Below are positions 11,401 through 21,037 of a DNA stretch of 64,000 nucleotides, in pieces. Position 1 is the first letter of the stretch; every line of letters begins with the position of its first letter. The translations under genes and the position numbers were made by a program. The stretch is from Veleropilina oligotropha (lineage: Eukaryota). The notes beneath the pieces were generated by a model, which was given only the letters and a program-made list of their open reading frames with translations, was not told the DNA's origin and searched no databases. The stretch is from contig JBEUKZ010000062.1 in assembly GCA_048128005.1 (NCBI GenBank), forward strand, positions 186,001 through 250,000, written 5' to 3'.

Positions 11401-12445
11401 GGATATGGGGCAGATCCCGCCATGGGGCGATAAAGAAGGCCCTCACCACATGTTAGCAGACTGGGCCGGCCCCAACCTGCGGTGGTTTGACACCGACTAT
11501 AGGTGCCTGTGCGAGGCGTGTGGCAAGCCGTGGTCCTGCTGTTGCTGTCAAAATGGGCAAACGTCGGCTTTGCACGGCGTAAAGGTGCAGATGTGGTGTG
11601 CTAATGATCAGCAACAGCTCAACGTCTTCAGAGATAAGTTGGCCGCAACGCCGTTCGTAGAAGCTGTAGATCGCACCAAGCCCGATGACATCTGGATCTG
11701 CTCCACGAACAATCTAGGTGCGCATGTCCAGACCCAGTTGCTCCGGCAGCACAGAAAGACACACCCCTTGCTTCCTGCTAATATTCGATTCGACCCAGAC
11801 GATAGCATCTCGCACCGGTACCGCAAGCAGGGTCTGCCTATAGAGATACCGGGTAGTCTAGAAACCGTGCCGGCCTATCGAGGGACCATCGTCAAAGTCC
11901 CCCTTGAACTAGTCGAGAACGGGCTACCGCTTGAGTGGAAATATGCTGGGTGGGGGACGGTGCATAGGGTGCAAGGGAAGACCATTCAACCGCCCAGGCG
12001 CCTATACATCGTCGACCACGGTCTAAGTGGCTGGGTGAGCAACGCCGTATACACAGCAGTGAGCCGGGCCCGGTTGATGTATCAGATTGTAAGGGTTCTG
12101 CCGCCTGACGACGCTCAGGGTGATATAACTCCCACCGATCAGCAGGCCACACCTTCGCGAGAGCTCATCGCCGCAAGGCTCAAGCGATACATGGTTGAGG
12201 ATCGCCATAAGAACCGGCCCCGTTACGAGGGAGCATACCATAAACTCACCATCAACCACGTGCTCGACATGATTGATGCTGCAGAAAAGAGGTGCGTGAT
12301 CTGTCATAGTGCTCTCCTTCTTCAGGGCTACACGAAATGCCACGGGCAGACATTCAGTATCGACCGCCTGGATGACAGTCAGGGTCACTATAAGTGGAAC
12401 GTCCGGTTAACATGCCTGTCCTGTAATCGTCGACACAAGCACTAG
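8425..12445 (+). pseudogene. Disrupted ~1340-codon replication protein: HeH/Rho-N-like motif + degenerate protein-primed PolB + SF1 (RecD/Pif1-like) helicase + C-terminal HNH-like Zn domain
   Basis: N-terminus LRELRNLAKDYGLPGRSKLNKNDLITAI. PolB-like motifs: HIDMRAAY (A), RDLAVRFVGK (degenerate B), FHIRAFVLAYTN, RVCTDAIY (C), then YGQWRHK. Helicase motifs: GQGGSGKT, IVIDE, GDMGQIPP, YRC, TVHRVQGKT, YTAVSRAR. C-terminus CVIC...SIDRLDDSQGHYKWNVRLTCLSCN. Lesions: in-frame TGA 9442-9444, frameshift at the G10 run 10225-10234, frameshift near 10900. Confidence 0.85.
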
Positions 12446-13428
12446 GTAGGTCGTAGCTGAGACCTTGTGAACCCGTGCTTTGAGAAAGCAGTGTAGTAGA
12501 GTGTGGGCTGATGGGGTTCCGATACACGGCGGCGAATCGGGTAGGGTTTATGTGTCCACCACGGATCCGTTGCGCGACGGCGCCCGGTATCTTTCGGGTC
12601 TTCTTCGTTTGTGGTGATGTAGACCATCATGCCGATCGGTAACACCGTTTCGGGTGTGGTGATGGGTGGTAGTTTGGACGTCACAAGCGGGACCTGCGAC
12701 ATCCTTGCTGCCTTCACTGGAGGAAGACCAGTTAGTCGTGTTGGCGTCGCATTCATGTCTGCGACTACAGCTGGCAGAACGGACACCCACTGGCGGTTGT
12801 CCCGGCCGCTGCGAAGCTCTTCATGCGCTTGTTTCCTGAAGAGTCGTTCAGCTAGCCGACGGTTGAACGACTCAACGAATGCCTGCGATCGGTGATGACC
12901 TGGCTCTGCGCGTCGTATATCAACTCCGTGCTTCCCTAGCAGCGTGGATACTTCCCCCTTGAATTCGTGCCCGTCATCCACCATCAGCGTTTTTGGCCAG
13001 GATAAGCAGGACGGGTTGGTCTTGTAGATGTCAGCAAACGCCTTAGCTACTTCGCTGGCCGATTTCGATGTTAGTGGTCTGGCAGCCTTGTAGCGAGAGG
13101 CCCCGTCGACCAAGGTCAATGCATACTTGTACGTTTTACGGCCGACCTTGTCATGTGGGAGGTAGAGCAGATCGGCCTGGTGGATCACACCGGGCCTGTC
13201 CTCTGTGAAACGGGCAAATACTTCTCTAGGGGGTTTCGTCTGCATGTACCGACCAACCTCCTGTGTCGAGATCCACTCCCTGATTCTTTTCATTGAGGCT
13301 GCACCTTTTGGAAGCCTCGAGTGCAGAGCTGAGACGCCCTGGAACCCCCCATATGCGTAGTAGTGCTTGCGGAGGGTTTCGTCGAGTTCTTTAGCCGTCA
13401 GGAGGGGCTTTTGTTTCTTCTCTGCCAT
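12442..13428 (-). CDS. Retroviral-type (rve, DDE) integrase of the Polinton type, 328 aa, intact
   Basis: HQADLL (D), LTLVDGASRY, LMVDDGHEFKG (D), FVESFNRRL (E). Likely start MAEKKQK at 13428 within the called ORF 12442-13659. Confidence 0.93.
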   Translation of the reverse strand: MAEKKQKPLLTAKELDETLRKHYYAYGGFQGVSALHSRLPKGAASMKRIREWISTQEVGRYMQTKPPREVFARFTEDRPGVIHQADLLYLPHDKVGRKTYKYALTLVDGASRYKAARPLTSKSASEVAKAFADIYKTNPSCLSWPKTLMVDDGHEFKGEVSTLLGKHGVDIRRAEPGHHRSQAFVESFNRRLAERLFRKQAHEELRSGRDNRQWVSVLPAVVADMNATPTRLTGLPPVKAARMSQVPLVTSKLPPITTPETVLPIGMMVYITTNEEDPKDTGRRRATDPWWTHKPYPIRRRVSEPHQPTLYYTAFSKHGFTRSQLRPT

Positions 13429-13705
13429 CGATACTTGCGAGGTATTCCAGCAACTTGATAAGTCTCCAACAGGCTTCAGCGACCGGCTCCGGAAGCTGCC
13501 CAGTCGTCGCCCGTATGTTGGTCGAGCCCCCGGAGAGCACCATGACCGCGAACCGCACCATAGTCTTTTCGTTGCGCCACCAGCACTCGAGTGACTTCTG
13601 CGGTATTTCGACCATTGTAGTACCAAGGGGGCCGGGGATTTTGTGCCTTCGAGCGGCATAGCCCACCTCTAGCATAGCAAAGTACAGCTCTTCTGGGAGC
13701 CCCAT
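13391..13705 (-). CDS. Hypothetical viral protein (104 aa)
   Basis: ATG-initiated ORF that fills the gap between neighbouring viral genes and overlaps the integrase start. Confidence 0.5.
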   Translation of the reverse strand: MGLPEELYFAMLEVGYAARRHKIPGPLGTTMVEIPQKSLECWWRNEKTMVRFAVMVLSGGSTNIRATTGQLPEPVAEACWRLIKLLEYLASIDGREETKAPPDG

Positions 13706-13754
13706 TATGCATATATATGTATGTATATATACGACAAAATGGAAATAATAGCAC

Positions 13755-14186
13755 TTAGGCGAGCTTGTAGGCTACCAACCCAGTCGCAGCCATCCCAAGA
13801 ATGACGAAGGTAATCTCTCACCCCTTCTGGCCGTCACTCGGCGTGTAGTAGTCGGACAGGGCGGGCTCAGGGCCACCCCCCAAACCGGCGGGGTCAAGGT
13901 TCTTGCCGGTGATCAAGGCATACTCACGGATCGCGGCGTCAACATCCCGGAATGTGCCAACGGCATGACCCTGGCGGCGAAGTTCAACGTTAAGCCAATC
14001 GAGACGCTCTGCCCTCTGTTGGGACCATTTAGTCTGAGCGGCCTGGAGCTGCTCTACGGCTTCGTCGTGGCGTTTACGCTCCTCGTCGACACCGGAGCTG
14101 CATAGCTTCGAGAACAGGAAGTTTGACCCGCTGAAGGCGAGGGCGTTGACAAGAGCACCCCCAACAAGCATCGCTATGGAGGCCAT
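13755..14186 (-). pseudogene. Small viral membrane/coiled-coil protein; a premature TGA (13818-13820) removes its C-terminal hydrophobic helix
   Basis: Hydrophobic N-terminus MASIAMLVGGALVNALAFSGSNFLF and a coiled coil EERKRHDEAVEQLQAAQ. The frame continues past the TGA as EITFVILGMAATGLVAYKLA*. Confidence 0.7.
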
Positions 14187-14207
14187 TGTAATGCAGGTAC
14201 TTCGTCG

Positions 14208-14447
14208 CTACTTCAATATGTCGGCCGGAATGATGCCTTGCTTGATCAGCATATCTTTCGTCGCCATGGCGAGCGCTATGTCGAGGACGACCATCCCAAC
14301 ATCATAACCAGTGAAGTCCAGTTTGGGGCTTTGTCCCTTGAAGACCATCTTTGTCAGGCGTGAGTAGCCAATGGCAAGGCCCGACACTATGGCAGCGTGA
14401 TAGACGGCATTGCCGAGCATCTTTCCATCGGTGATCGGGGTAGTCAT
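14208..14447 (-). CDS. Small hydrophobic viral protein (79 aa)
   Basis: Compact ATG ORF in the co-oriented cluster, with two hydrophobic segments. Confidence 0.7.
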   Translation of the reverse strand: MTTPITDGKMLGNAVYHAAIVSGLAIGYSRLTKMVFKGQSPKLDFTGYDVGMVVLDIALAMATKDMLIKQGIIPADILK

Positions 14448-14497
14448 GGTGTTGCCACGGAGGAAGTTTTTCGAGCTACGTGTTACTGCTACTCGAC

Positions 14498-14986
14498 CTA
14501 TCGCATATGAAAAGGGTTGTGCTTAGTCTCCAATTCGATGGTGGGGGGAGCTGGCTGCCTGGCATCCGCGACTGGTGGCTGTTGATGTGGTGTGGATGAA
14601 CCACTGCTGCGTTTCCAGACAACAAATAACAACGCAACCCCGCCTGCAGCGAAGAGTCCACGGGTCCAATTAAATGGGTCCGATTTCCGTGTATCTGACT
14701 GTACTGCGCCCGCGCGAAAGTCGTTTTCGACCATGGTCACCTCGGCCGGGGTATTACCACTGTGTGGCTGTGCCATCGATACCTGCGAGGTATCATCAAC
14801 TGTGCTGACATTTTGTCGAGTGTCTTCTTTAATTTTTCTAACCTCGCCAAGTAGCTTCTCCTGTTTGGCTTTCCGAGCAGCGGCACCTGCCCGACCTGCA
14901 GCCACCCTTTTAGGGTCCTTCCCCGATGAAGTCACCCTGTCTATCGGCTGGCTCGATATCATTTGGTCCACTTCCTGCGTTGTCAT
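14498..14986 (-). CDS. Viral protein with a basic N-terminal motif (KDPKRVAAGRAGAAARKAK) and one TM segment
   Basis: Called ORF 14498-15004, likely start MTTQEV at 14986. TM-like segment GLFAAGGVALLFVVW. Confidence 0.65.
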   Translation of the reverse strand: MTTQEVDQMISSQPIDRVTSSGKDPKRVAAGRAGAAARKAKQEKLLGEVRKIKEDTRQNVSTVDDTSQVSMAQPHSGNTPAEVTMVENDFRAGAVQSDTRKSDPFNWTRGLFAAGGVALLFVVWKRSSGSSTPHQQPPVADARQPAPPTIELETKHNPFHMR

Positions 14987-15536
14987 AATTATACTTTTCA
15001 GCAAGCTGGGATATATCTCTTTCTATCTTGGGCGGGCAAACATGTCCAAATCGACAGTGTTTAGCCGTGGTCAACGCTGCGGTCAGCGGTGCTAGATACA
15101 TGCCATATTTGTAATACAACTCACAGGATGCAGCGCACAGCGCATGTGAGATGAAAGGGTCGGCCTCCAGGTCAGCGACCAATCGTAGTTGGTTTTCTGG
15201 TGAAATGGGTAACAATATCCCAGCTGCACCCGCATAAAGATGTATAGCTGCAGTCCCCAGGGTTTTCGTCATTTCGGCACCGAGCTTCGCTTCGTACCGA
15301 GCATGGTGTTTATCAATCTCTTCGTCGGTCATAGCGTCGATCCGGTCAACCGTGAGGTTGCTCCCCAAGTATTTGCTAGCCTGTCCTCCAATGGCTAATG
15401 CTGCAAGCCTCTCCCGTTTTTTTGTCAGTCCTACGGAGCCACTGACAGGTTCCTCGCCACGTTCGGTCGTCGAGCGGTTTCCGCTCATGGTCGTTTCTTG
15501 TTCTTCATCCATGAGTTGATCGATAAGACTGTCCAT
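14910..15536 (-). CDS. Hypothetical viral protein (~208 aa)
   Basis: Within called ORF 14910-15662; likely start MDSLIDQL. Globular, helix-rich sequence in the co-oriented cluster. Confidence 0.65.
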   Translation of the reverse strand: MDSLIDQLMDEEQETTMSGNRSTTERGEEPVSGSVGLTKKRERLAALAIGGQASKYLGSNLTVDRIDAMTDEEIDKHHARYEAKLGAEMTKTLGTAAIHLYAGAAGILLPISPENQLRLVADLEADPFISHALCAASCELYYKYGMYLAPLTAALTTAKHCRFGHVCPPKIERDISQLAEKYNYDNAGSGPNDIEPADRQGDFIGEGP

Positions 15537-15659
15537 CCTTAATCGTTTCCAACATCTTCTCGCCGGTCTAATATAACCGTAAATCCAATACCACAATGTT
15601 ACGAGTAACAGAAACATAAGGCTCTGGCTGCAAGCAAAAACTATATATACAACTTCCGA

Positions 15660-15800
15660 CATGCTAGGTAGATGCTATAGCTAGCTATGTAGATGCTAGG
15701 CAGATGCTAGGCAAATGCTAGGCAGATGCTAGGTAGATGCTAGGCAGATGCTAGGCAGATGCTAGGCAGATGCTAGGCAGATGCTAGGCAGATGCTAGAT
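15660..15800. repeat. 11-bp tandem repeat (AGATGCTAGGC)n, ~12 copies, directly after the ATPase stop
   Basis: Seen directly in the sequence. Confidence 0.9.
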
Positions 15801-16431
15801 TATAGCACACTATATGCAACTGGTTGATCAGTTTTTAATAGAAGCTTAGTGTGTTTGGCTTCTGCCAAAAGCCGGCGCACCGCATTTCGTTCATCTTGCG
15901 ACGTGATTACATCGTTCTCTCGAAGACAGTCTTCAAAACTATCGCGGTCCTTGCAGTGAAACAGCGCGACCCAGCGGGTCTGCTCTCTGAGTTCCTTTAA
16001 GACCGAGTTGTATTTTTGCGTCACCACCCATACACTTTGTTCGGCATGCCTTCCGCTAAAGGCCAACTCAGTCAGCATATCCCTTCTCTTGGCTAGGGCC
16101 TTGCTGGCGGCGCAGTCATCGATGATGTATAGGGTCGATTCCCCCTTGAACAACCTGTAGAACCCCCGCAACCAATCATGAAGTCGCTCACCGGGGGGAT
16201 TATATACACCTCCGGGTCAGTCCAGATCCACGGACAGGACTGGTATGCTTTGTTGTACTCGATCGTGGGGCAGAGAATTACAATGTGCCGGAACACACCT
16301 CGATACTCTGCTTTCAGCAGTTCAAGCATAAACACCGTCTTCCCACAACCAGTCTGGCCACATATGATTGCGGAGTGGGGGTCCTCGGTGTGCGGAAACC
16401 GTTCAGTACATTGCTGCGACAAAGCGTCCAT
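15800..16431 (-). pseudogene. A32/FtsK-like genome-packaging ATPase (one frameshift at the homopolymer 16193-16198)
   Basis: Walker A IICGQTGCGKT, Walker B YIIDD, and ELAFSGRHAEQSVWVVTQKY. The frames join as ...VYII(P)GERLHDWLRGFY... Confidence 0.88.
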
Positions 16432-17707
16432 TCTCGATGTTCAGCTGTGCATCCATAATCACGTACAGGTAAACATTCAATGGGCCAGCTGTTTCACCCG
16501 TCTTAGTGATCTGGATTGTGATACCCTCGCTGGCGTTCTCTACCCTCCGGCCTGACCCATGCAGCTGATCGTCGTCGGTTACCCGCATATCGATCCAGAG
16601 TGCATACTTTTTGGTCAAGAACTCACCCAGGGTGACATCTGCCAGAGCCAACTCCTTTGCAACCAACGCCACCTCAGGATGTCGCTTGCTGATCGGGTTT
16701 GAGGCGAACAGTTTTTTGGCTTCTTCCCACACCTGGTATGAACGCATGCCCTGGCTGTAGAGTTGATTCGGTACACCCTCAATGGTGACCTCGACCTTCG
16801 TGATCTTCGGATTGTAAAAGGCCTCGGTGTCGCGAGCAAATGGTGCTGCGTCTCTCGCGGGGTCCTCAAACAGCAGTAGAATACCTTTCATGGATTTCGC
16901 CGGTACATTCAGGTTAAGATTCCACAACGTGTCGCTCTTGTCTCTGGTGACCTTACGATGCCGGAGCACACGGTCATAGAGGATGACGAGGCGGCCCGAG
17001 TACTGATTGCGTATCATTCTGGCCAGTTCTGCCTGGGTCACCATGTCGTATTCTAAGCTAATATTTCCGATGCTATAGCTCGCAATGGGGTCATCCGTGT
17101 CCTTGATAGTCCTTGAATAGTCATTGAACGTTAGTTCATACTCGAGCCTGTCCCCCAGAGCGCTCTGGTAGAATGGCATGTGGCTTTCCAGTAACTCAAA
17201 GTCCAGCGGTATGCAAAATCTAGTACCGTAAGCGTCCGATATTGCCACATGCTCAGGCTGTCTGAAGGCGTTCGCCGCACCAACACGCAGTCTGGTAACA
17301 TTAGCTGACTCGCTGGTATCAATTCCTTGGTATTGGGCATTATTGCGCTCCTGTGGTGTCTTCCAGAGATCGTTGTAGCAGTGATACACGTCGGAGTCGT
17401 CGATAGACATGATCTCGTTTCCACTAATCTTGATCGTGGTCTTCTTGATCACGGCACGACCAAGGTTCTGAACTACGGTTCTATTCGGGTTCGACGAGTT
17501 CAGAGAGATTGTAAATGCCAAGTGGGCAGTCCCTGGAACGATAACGTCATGAGCCCCGAGATTAGGGAACCTAACCAGGAGCTGCTGGTTTGCGTCAATC
17601 GTTGATGGGTTGTTGGTTATGGTAACCGACTGGCGAATACCTTTGACCCCAAGGGGTTCTCGCAGTCTGCGGTATGGATCAAGCTTGCATCCGTAGATGC
17701 TGGCCAT
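16403..17707 (-). CDS. Putative double jelly-roll major capsid protein (434 aa), intact
   Basis: Size, beta-rich pattern (IKISGNEIMSID, FCIPLDFELL, LEYELTFN, ITKVEVTIEGVP, LNVYLYVIMDAQLNI) and position next to the packaging ATPase. Fold inferred, not computed. Confidence 0.8.
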   Translation of the reverse strand: MASIYGCKLDPYRRLREPLGVKGIRQSVTITNNPSTIDANQQLLVRFPNLGAHDVIVPGTAHLAFTISLNSSNPNRTVVQNLGRAVIKKTTIKISGNEIMSIDDSDVYHCYNDLWKTPQERNNAQYQGIDTSESANVTRLRVGAANAFRQPEHVAISDAYGTRFCIPLDFELLESHMPFYQSALGDRLEYELTFNDYSRTIKDTDDPIASYSIGNISLEYDMVTQAELARMIRNQYSGRLVILYDRVLRHRKVTRDKSDTLWNLNLNVPAKSMKGILLLFEDPARDAAPFARDTEAFYNPKITKVEVTIEGVPNQLYSQGMRSYQVWEEAKKLFASNPISKRHPEVALVAKELALADVTLGEFLTKKYALWIDMRVTDDDQLHGSGRRVENASEGITIQITKTGETAGPLNVYLYVIMDAQLNIENGRFVAAMY

Positions 17708-17737
17708 TTAGATTGACTGAACTATCCACACATCTAA

Positions 17738-18998
17738 ATGGCGGAGTTCGAGAACCCCGCATTCGAGCTTGATGATAATGATACCATCATCGACGATGAT
17801 GATGTGGTCGGATCGACTGACTGGAGTCGGCCACAGGAAGGAACCAGCGGTCTGCGGCAAGAGCTTGTTCAAACAGCGGTTGATGACTACTACAACGCCC
17901 TGTCAAAGGAGGGGCAAACCCCCGCCACGGGGCGTGATTATTCCAGGTTCGATTATGTAGATAGGCGATTGCGAATGAAGGCCTATCCGCACATTGATTT
18001 AATCAATTCTAAATCCGGTAAGCCCAAGTCGTTGTCAACAATAGCTAGCCAGCGGAGTGGGGGTAACGCGATCAGAGATGGGTTGGGTTTTGTAGACTGG
18101 ACGCGAGGACAAAAGCTGCCCTCAAAAGCAGTTGCGGCTCTTCAGACAGCCAACAATGAGTTGGGCGGAGCGGCCGCCAAGGTAGACAACGTAGAACTGC
18201 ACGACTTGGGACGAACAGCTAATGATGCATCAGAAGCAATCCACAAAATGGAGACGGCGTTCACAGATGCCGAGATTGATAATATCTTAACCACAATGAT
18301 CGACCCTCCGTTAAATCTGCGCGAACTACGCAGGCTTGATAAGGCAATGCAGACAATTCGAGGCGAGCTGACTAACAACTTGGCAAAACTATCAGCGCTT
18401 GACGAACACATTAACCCTGGAGAAAAGGAAGCTTGAGCAGGCAGATGAAGGTGGTGTGGATGAGTTTACTCGACGACGAATTGCAGAACGCTTGCGTGAC
18501 TTAAATGATGAATGAGCAGCTCGCCTAGAGGCAGCCTCATCAAGCCGGGATGCCCTTCGCTCTCAAATCAGCAGGATCCGAGAAACAATAACTCGGATTC
18601 TCAACTCAGACACGACGCTGGCCGAGCGCATCCGAACCCTGTTTCGCGAGCAGGGGGTCACGATCGTGACCATACTCACCGCGATTGGGATGGCTATCTC
18701 GACTCTGGTACTGGCCCTAACTGGCGGAAAGCCGAATATCTCACCAACACCTCCCAGTGATGCTAATCATCGAGGGATAAAGGAGTGGGTAAAAAAGCAC
18801 TTGCAAACCCTGGGTCGAATTCTGGGTAAACTAGAGGGGAAGGTGGCAGCGGCACTCCCAGGCATGATTGGAAGCCTGCTTTCCTGGCTTATCAACATGG
18901 TTGGCAAAACAGCGTCGATGCTTGCTGAAAACCTATGGGCTGTGATTATTGCAGTTGGCGGGTTGCTTCTTATTTCCGCTAGACAGTGGGTGAAGTAA
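17738..18998 (+). pseudogene. Coiled-coil protein with C-terminal hydrophobic helices (~420 aa reconstructed); frameshift near 18415 and in-frame TGA at 18513
   Basis: The ORFs 17738-18436 and 18666-18998 are bridged by LEKRKLEQADE...RLRDLNDE*AARLEAA...LAERIRTLFREQGVTIVTILTAIGMAISTLVLALTGG. Confidence 0.7.
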
Positions 18999-20292
18999 GC
19001 CAAATAAATGCTAGGCCAATGACAACGCCACCCACAATGAGTGCGGTCTTCTCCTCGTTGTGTAGTGATACCGAAGCCGCTGGAACAGCCACTGTTACTG
19101 TCGGCTCAGCGTTTGGATGCTTCGGAGTGATTACCGGTCTGCTTGTATCTGTCTGTAAGACTGCGTCTTGTGGAATGACCAGTCCTTTTTCTCCAGTATC
19201 CCCAGTGGCGTTGGGGGGCACATTGGCTGTGTTGACGGTTGTATTAAGACCTAGTGTCTGGTTTTGTGTCGCAACGATGATTTCGTTGTTATAGCCAGCC
19301 ACCTGCCCGATTCGTAGAAGCATGTCACTTGGCGCCATATACAGGTCAACGCCGAATACGAAGTCTACCTTGGGTCTGGCATACTGTAGCACATTTTGGT
19401 ACCGTTCGATGGCTGATGGCAGATCAACTGGAGATGAGATGGCATCTTCCACGTTTGACAGAAACTGCTTTTGCGCGTCAAATGCTGTACCACTACCCAG
19501 AATACTTGCACGTGTCTGAGCCTGCGCTCCAAGAATCGCCCAGACGTAAGTCCTGATGGAATCATTAAGCCTTTCCACGCCGGCCTGGGTAAATCCGGCC
19601 GATTTGTCCAGAATAAACGAAGCCCAGCCATGACTGCCAGTGGCATCCTGTGCTATATAGTCCACGTGCAGACTCTTCTTTGTCTTTGTCGTGAATGACA
19701 TCCAACTGGGATCATAATCCTGTCCCATGGAGTGGTAGCCATTGTTTGTCCAGTAGTTGTAAGCCGTGCCGAGTCCGTTATTGGGACCCTTGACTCGCCA
19801 GTCGGTATGTGGAGACACTCCAAATTCACTGCAGATCTTCTCATATGCCCTGAGGTCATACGGGTTGTCGAACGCATCCCATGTCATGTCTTGTGGCAGC
19901 GGCGCCTGAATTTCGGACAATACCCTTCTGATCTGATAGTAGACATGGAAGGTGAATACGGCTCTGGTCAGGGGGTCGGTTGCATTCAAGTGGTCTTCTG
20001 CAGATACCCCGGAACCTGTTGTAGCACACCATACTGCGAAGTTAACCTTGTTCTGCCAAAACCGCATGGGCGTGCTGTTCCAAGCCTGTATTAGCCGGTC
20101 ACTCGCGACGTGTGGGAGGCGATACTTTTGAAAGACATCTGGGTATTTTGCCTGGAATGGAGGGTGGGGAGATTCAGACGAATATATAACGATGCTTGGT
20201 TTTGTAAGCTGCTCATCCTTTATACGGGTTGGGTACACCACACCGGTCTGATAGTCTGCACTCCTATTAAAAGCAAAGGCACTCTTATACAT
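18979..20292 (-). CDS. Hypothetical viral protein (437 aa) with a C-terminal TM anchor, intact
   Basis: Long, uninterrupted ATG ORF ending in a Pro/Thr-rich linker and ALIVGGVVIGLAFIWL. Confidence 0.8.
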   Translation of the reverse strand: MYKSAFAFNRSADYQTGVVYPTRIKDEQLTKPSIVIYSSESPHPPFQAKYPDVFQKYRLPHVASDRLIQAWNSTPMRFWQNKVNFAVWCATTGSGVSAEDHLNATDPLTRAVFTFHVYYQIRRVLSEIQAPLPQDMTWDAFDNPYDLRAYEKICSEFGVSPHTDWRVKGPNNGLGTAYNYWTNNGYHSMGQDYDPSWMSFTTKTKKSLHVDYIAQDATGSHGWASFILDKSAGFTQAGVERLNDSIRTYVWAILGAQAQTRASILGSGTAFDAQKQFLSNVEDAISSPVDLPSAIERYQNVLQYARPKVDFVFGVDLYMAPSDMLLRIGQVAGYNNEIIVATQNQTLGLNTTVNTANVPPNATGDTGEKGLVIPQDAVLQTDTSRPVITPKHPNAEPTVTVAVPAASVSLHNEEKTALIVGGVVIGLAFIWLTSPTV

Positions 20293-20311
20293 ATTGTATG
20301 TAAGTACAATT

Positions 20312-21037
20312 ATGTTTCACACTGTAACGAATGTTCAAACGGGAACCGCGGTTCCCCTCCTGCAACCGATAGATAACCGGGAAGGCAAGCTATGTGTCGA
20401 CTACTGGGTCGGATGGCATAACGTACACGCAGGAGCCTTCTTCCAAACCCCCGATACCACCGTGGAGGTGGCACCGGGTTTCTACAGCTTCGATGCCCTC
20501 GCCAAAACTCTGAAAAGGTCGCTAGTTAACATACGGCTGGAGGTAAGCCATGCTACAGGACTCGCCCAACTCATTGTTCCAGAGGGGACTCGACTCGCGA
20601 TAAGCGATGATATACGGAAGCTCCTCGGCTTAAACCTTTCTTCGTTTATTCTCGATACAGCAGGGAATCCGCACCCACCCCTTCGAAGAGTACGGGGGGG
20701 CCCCGGACCTCCTCCGGAGAGATCTGAGTGGCTACGCCCCGGGACTTATGACGGGGACAAGCCTGTCGGGTTTGCCATCGCAGCGACCCTGCACGTCCAT
20801 CTGGAGCAGCTCAGTACAACACACAATGTGAAGGACGGCGCCCCGAGCAATATTCTCGCGGTGGTCCCTATAACGTCGCAGATGTTCGGTGAAGCTGCCC
20901 ACTATCACGGCTATCCAGCCCTCCGGCGACTACAGGCCGGGGTTCTCACAGAATTGAAGGTTTATGTCACCGACTCAGATGGTAACATGCTAGACAATCA
21001 CGGTATGCCTATTTCCGCAGTCCTTGAGATACAATGA
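20312..21037 (+). CDS. Putative minor capsid (penton) protein
   Basis: ~241 aa and beta-rich. The C-terminal pattern SNILAVVPI...FGE...LRRLQAGVLTELKVYVTDSDGNMLDNHGMPISAVLEI resembles Polinton pentons. Confidence 0.68.
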   Translation: MFHTVTNVQTGTAVPLLQPIDNREGKLCVDYWVGWHNVHAGAFFQTPDTTVEVAPGFYSFDALAKTLKRSLVNIRLEVSHATGLAQLIVPEGTRLAISDDIRKLLGLNLSSFILDTAGNPHPPLRRVRGGPGPPPERSEWLRPGTYDGDKPVGFAIAATLHVHLEQLSTTHNVKDGAPSNILAVVPITSQMFGEAAHYHGYPALRRLQAGVLTELKVYVTDSDGNMLDNHGMPISAVLEIQ

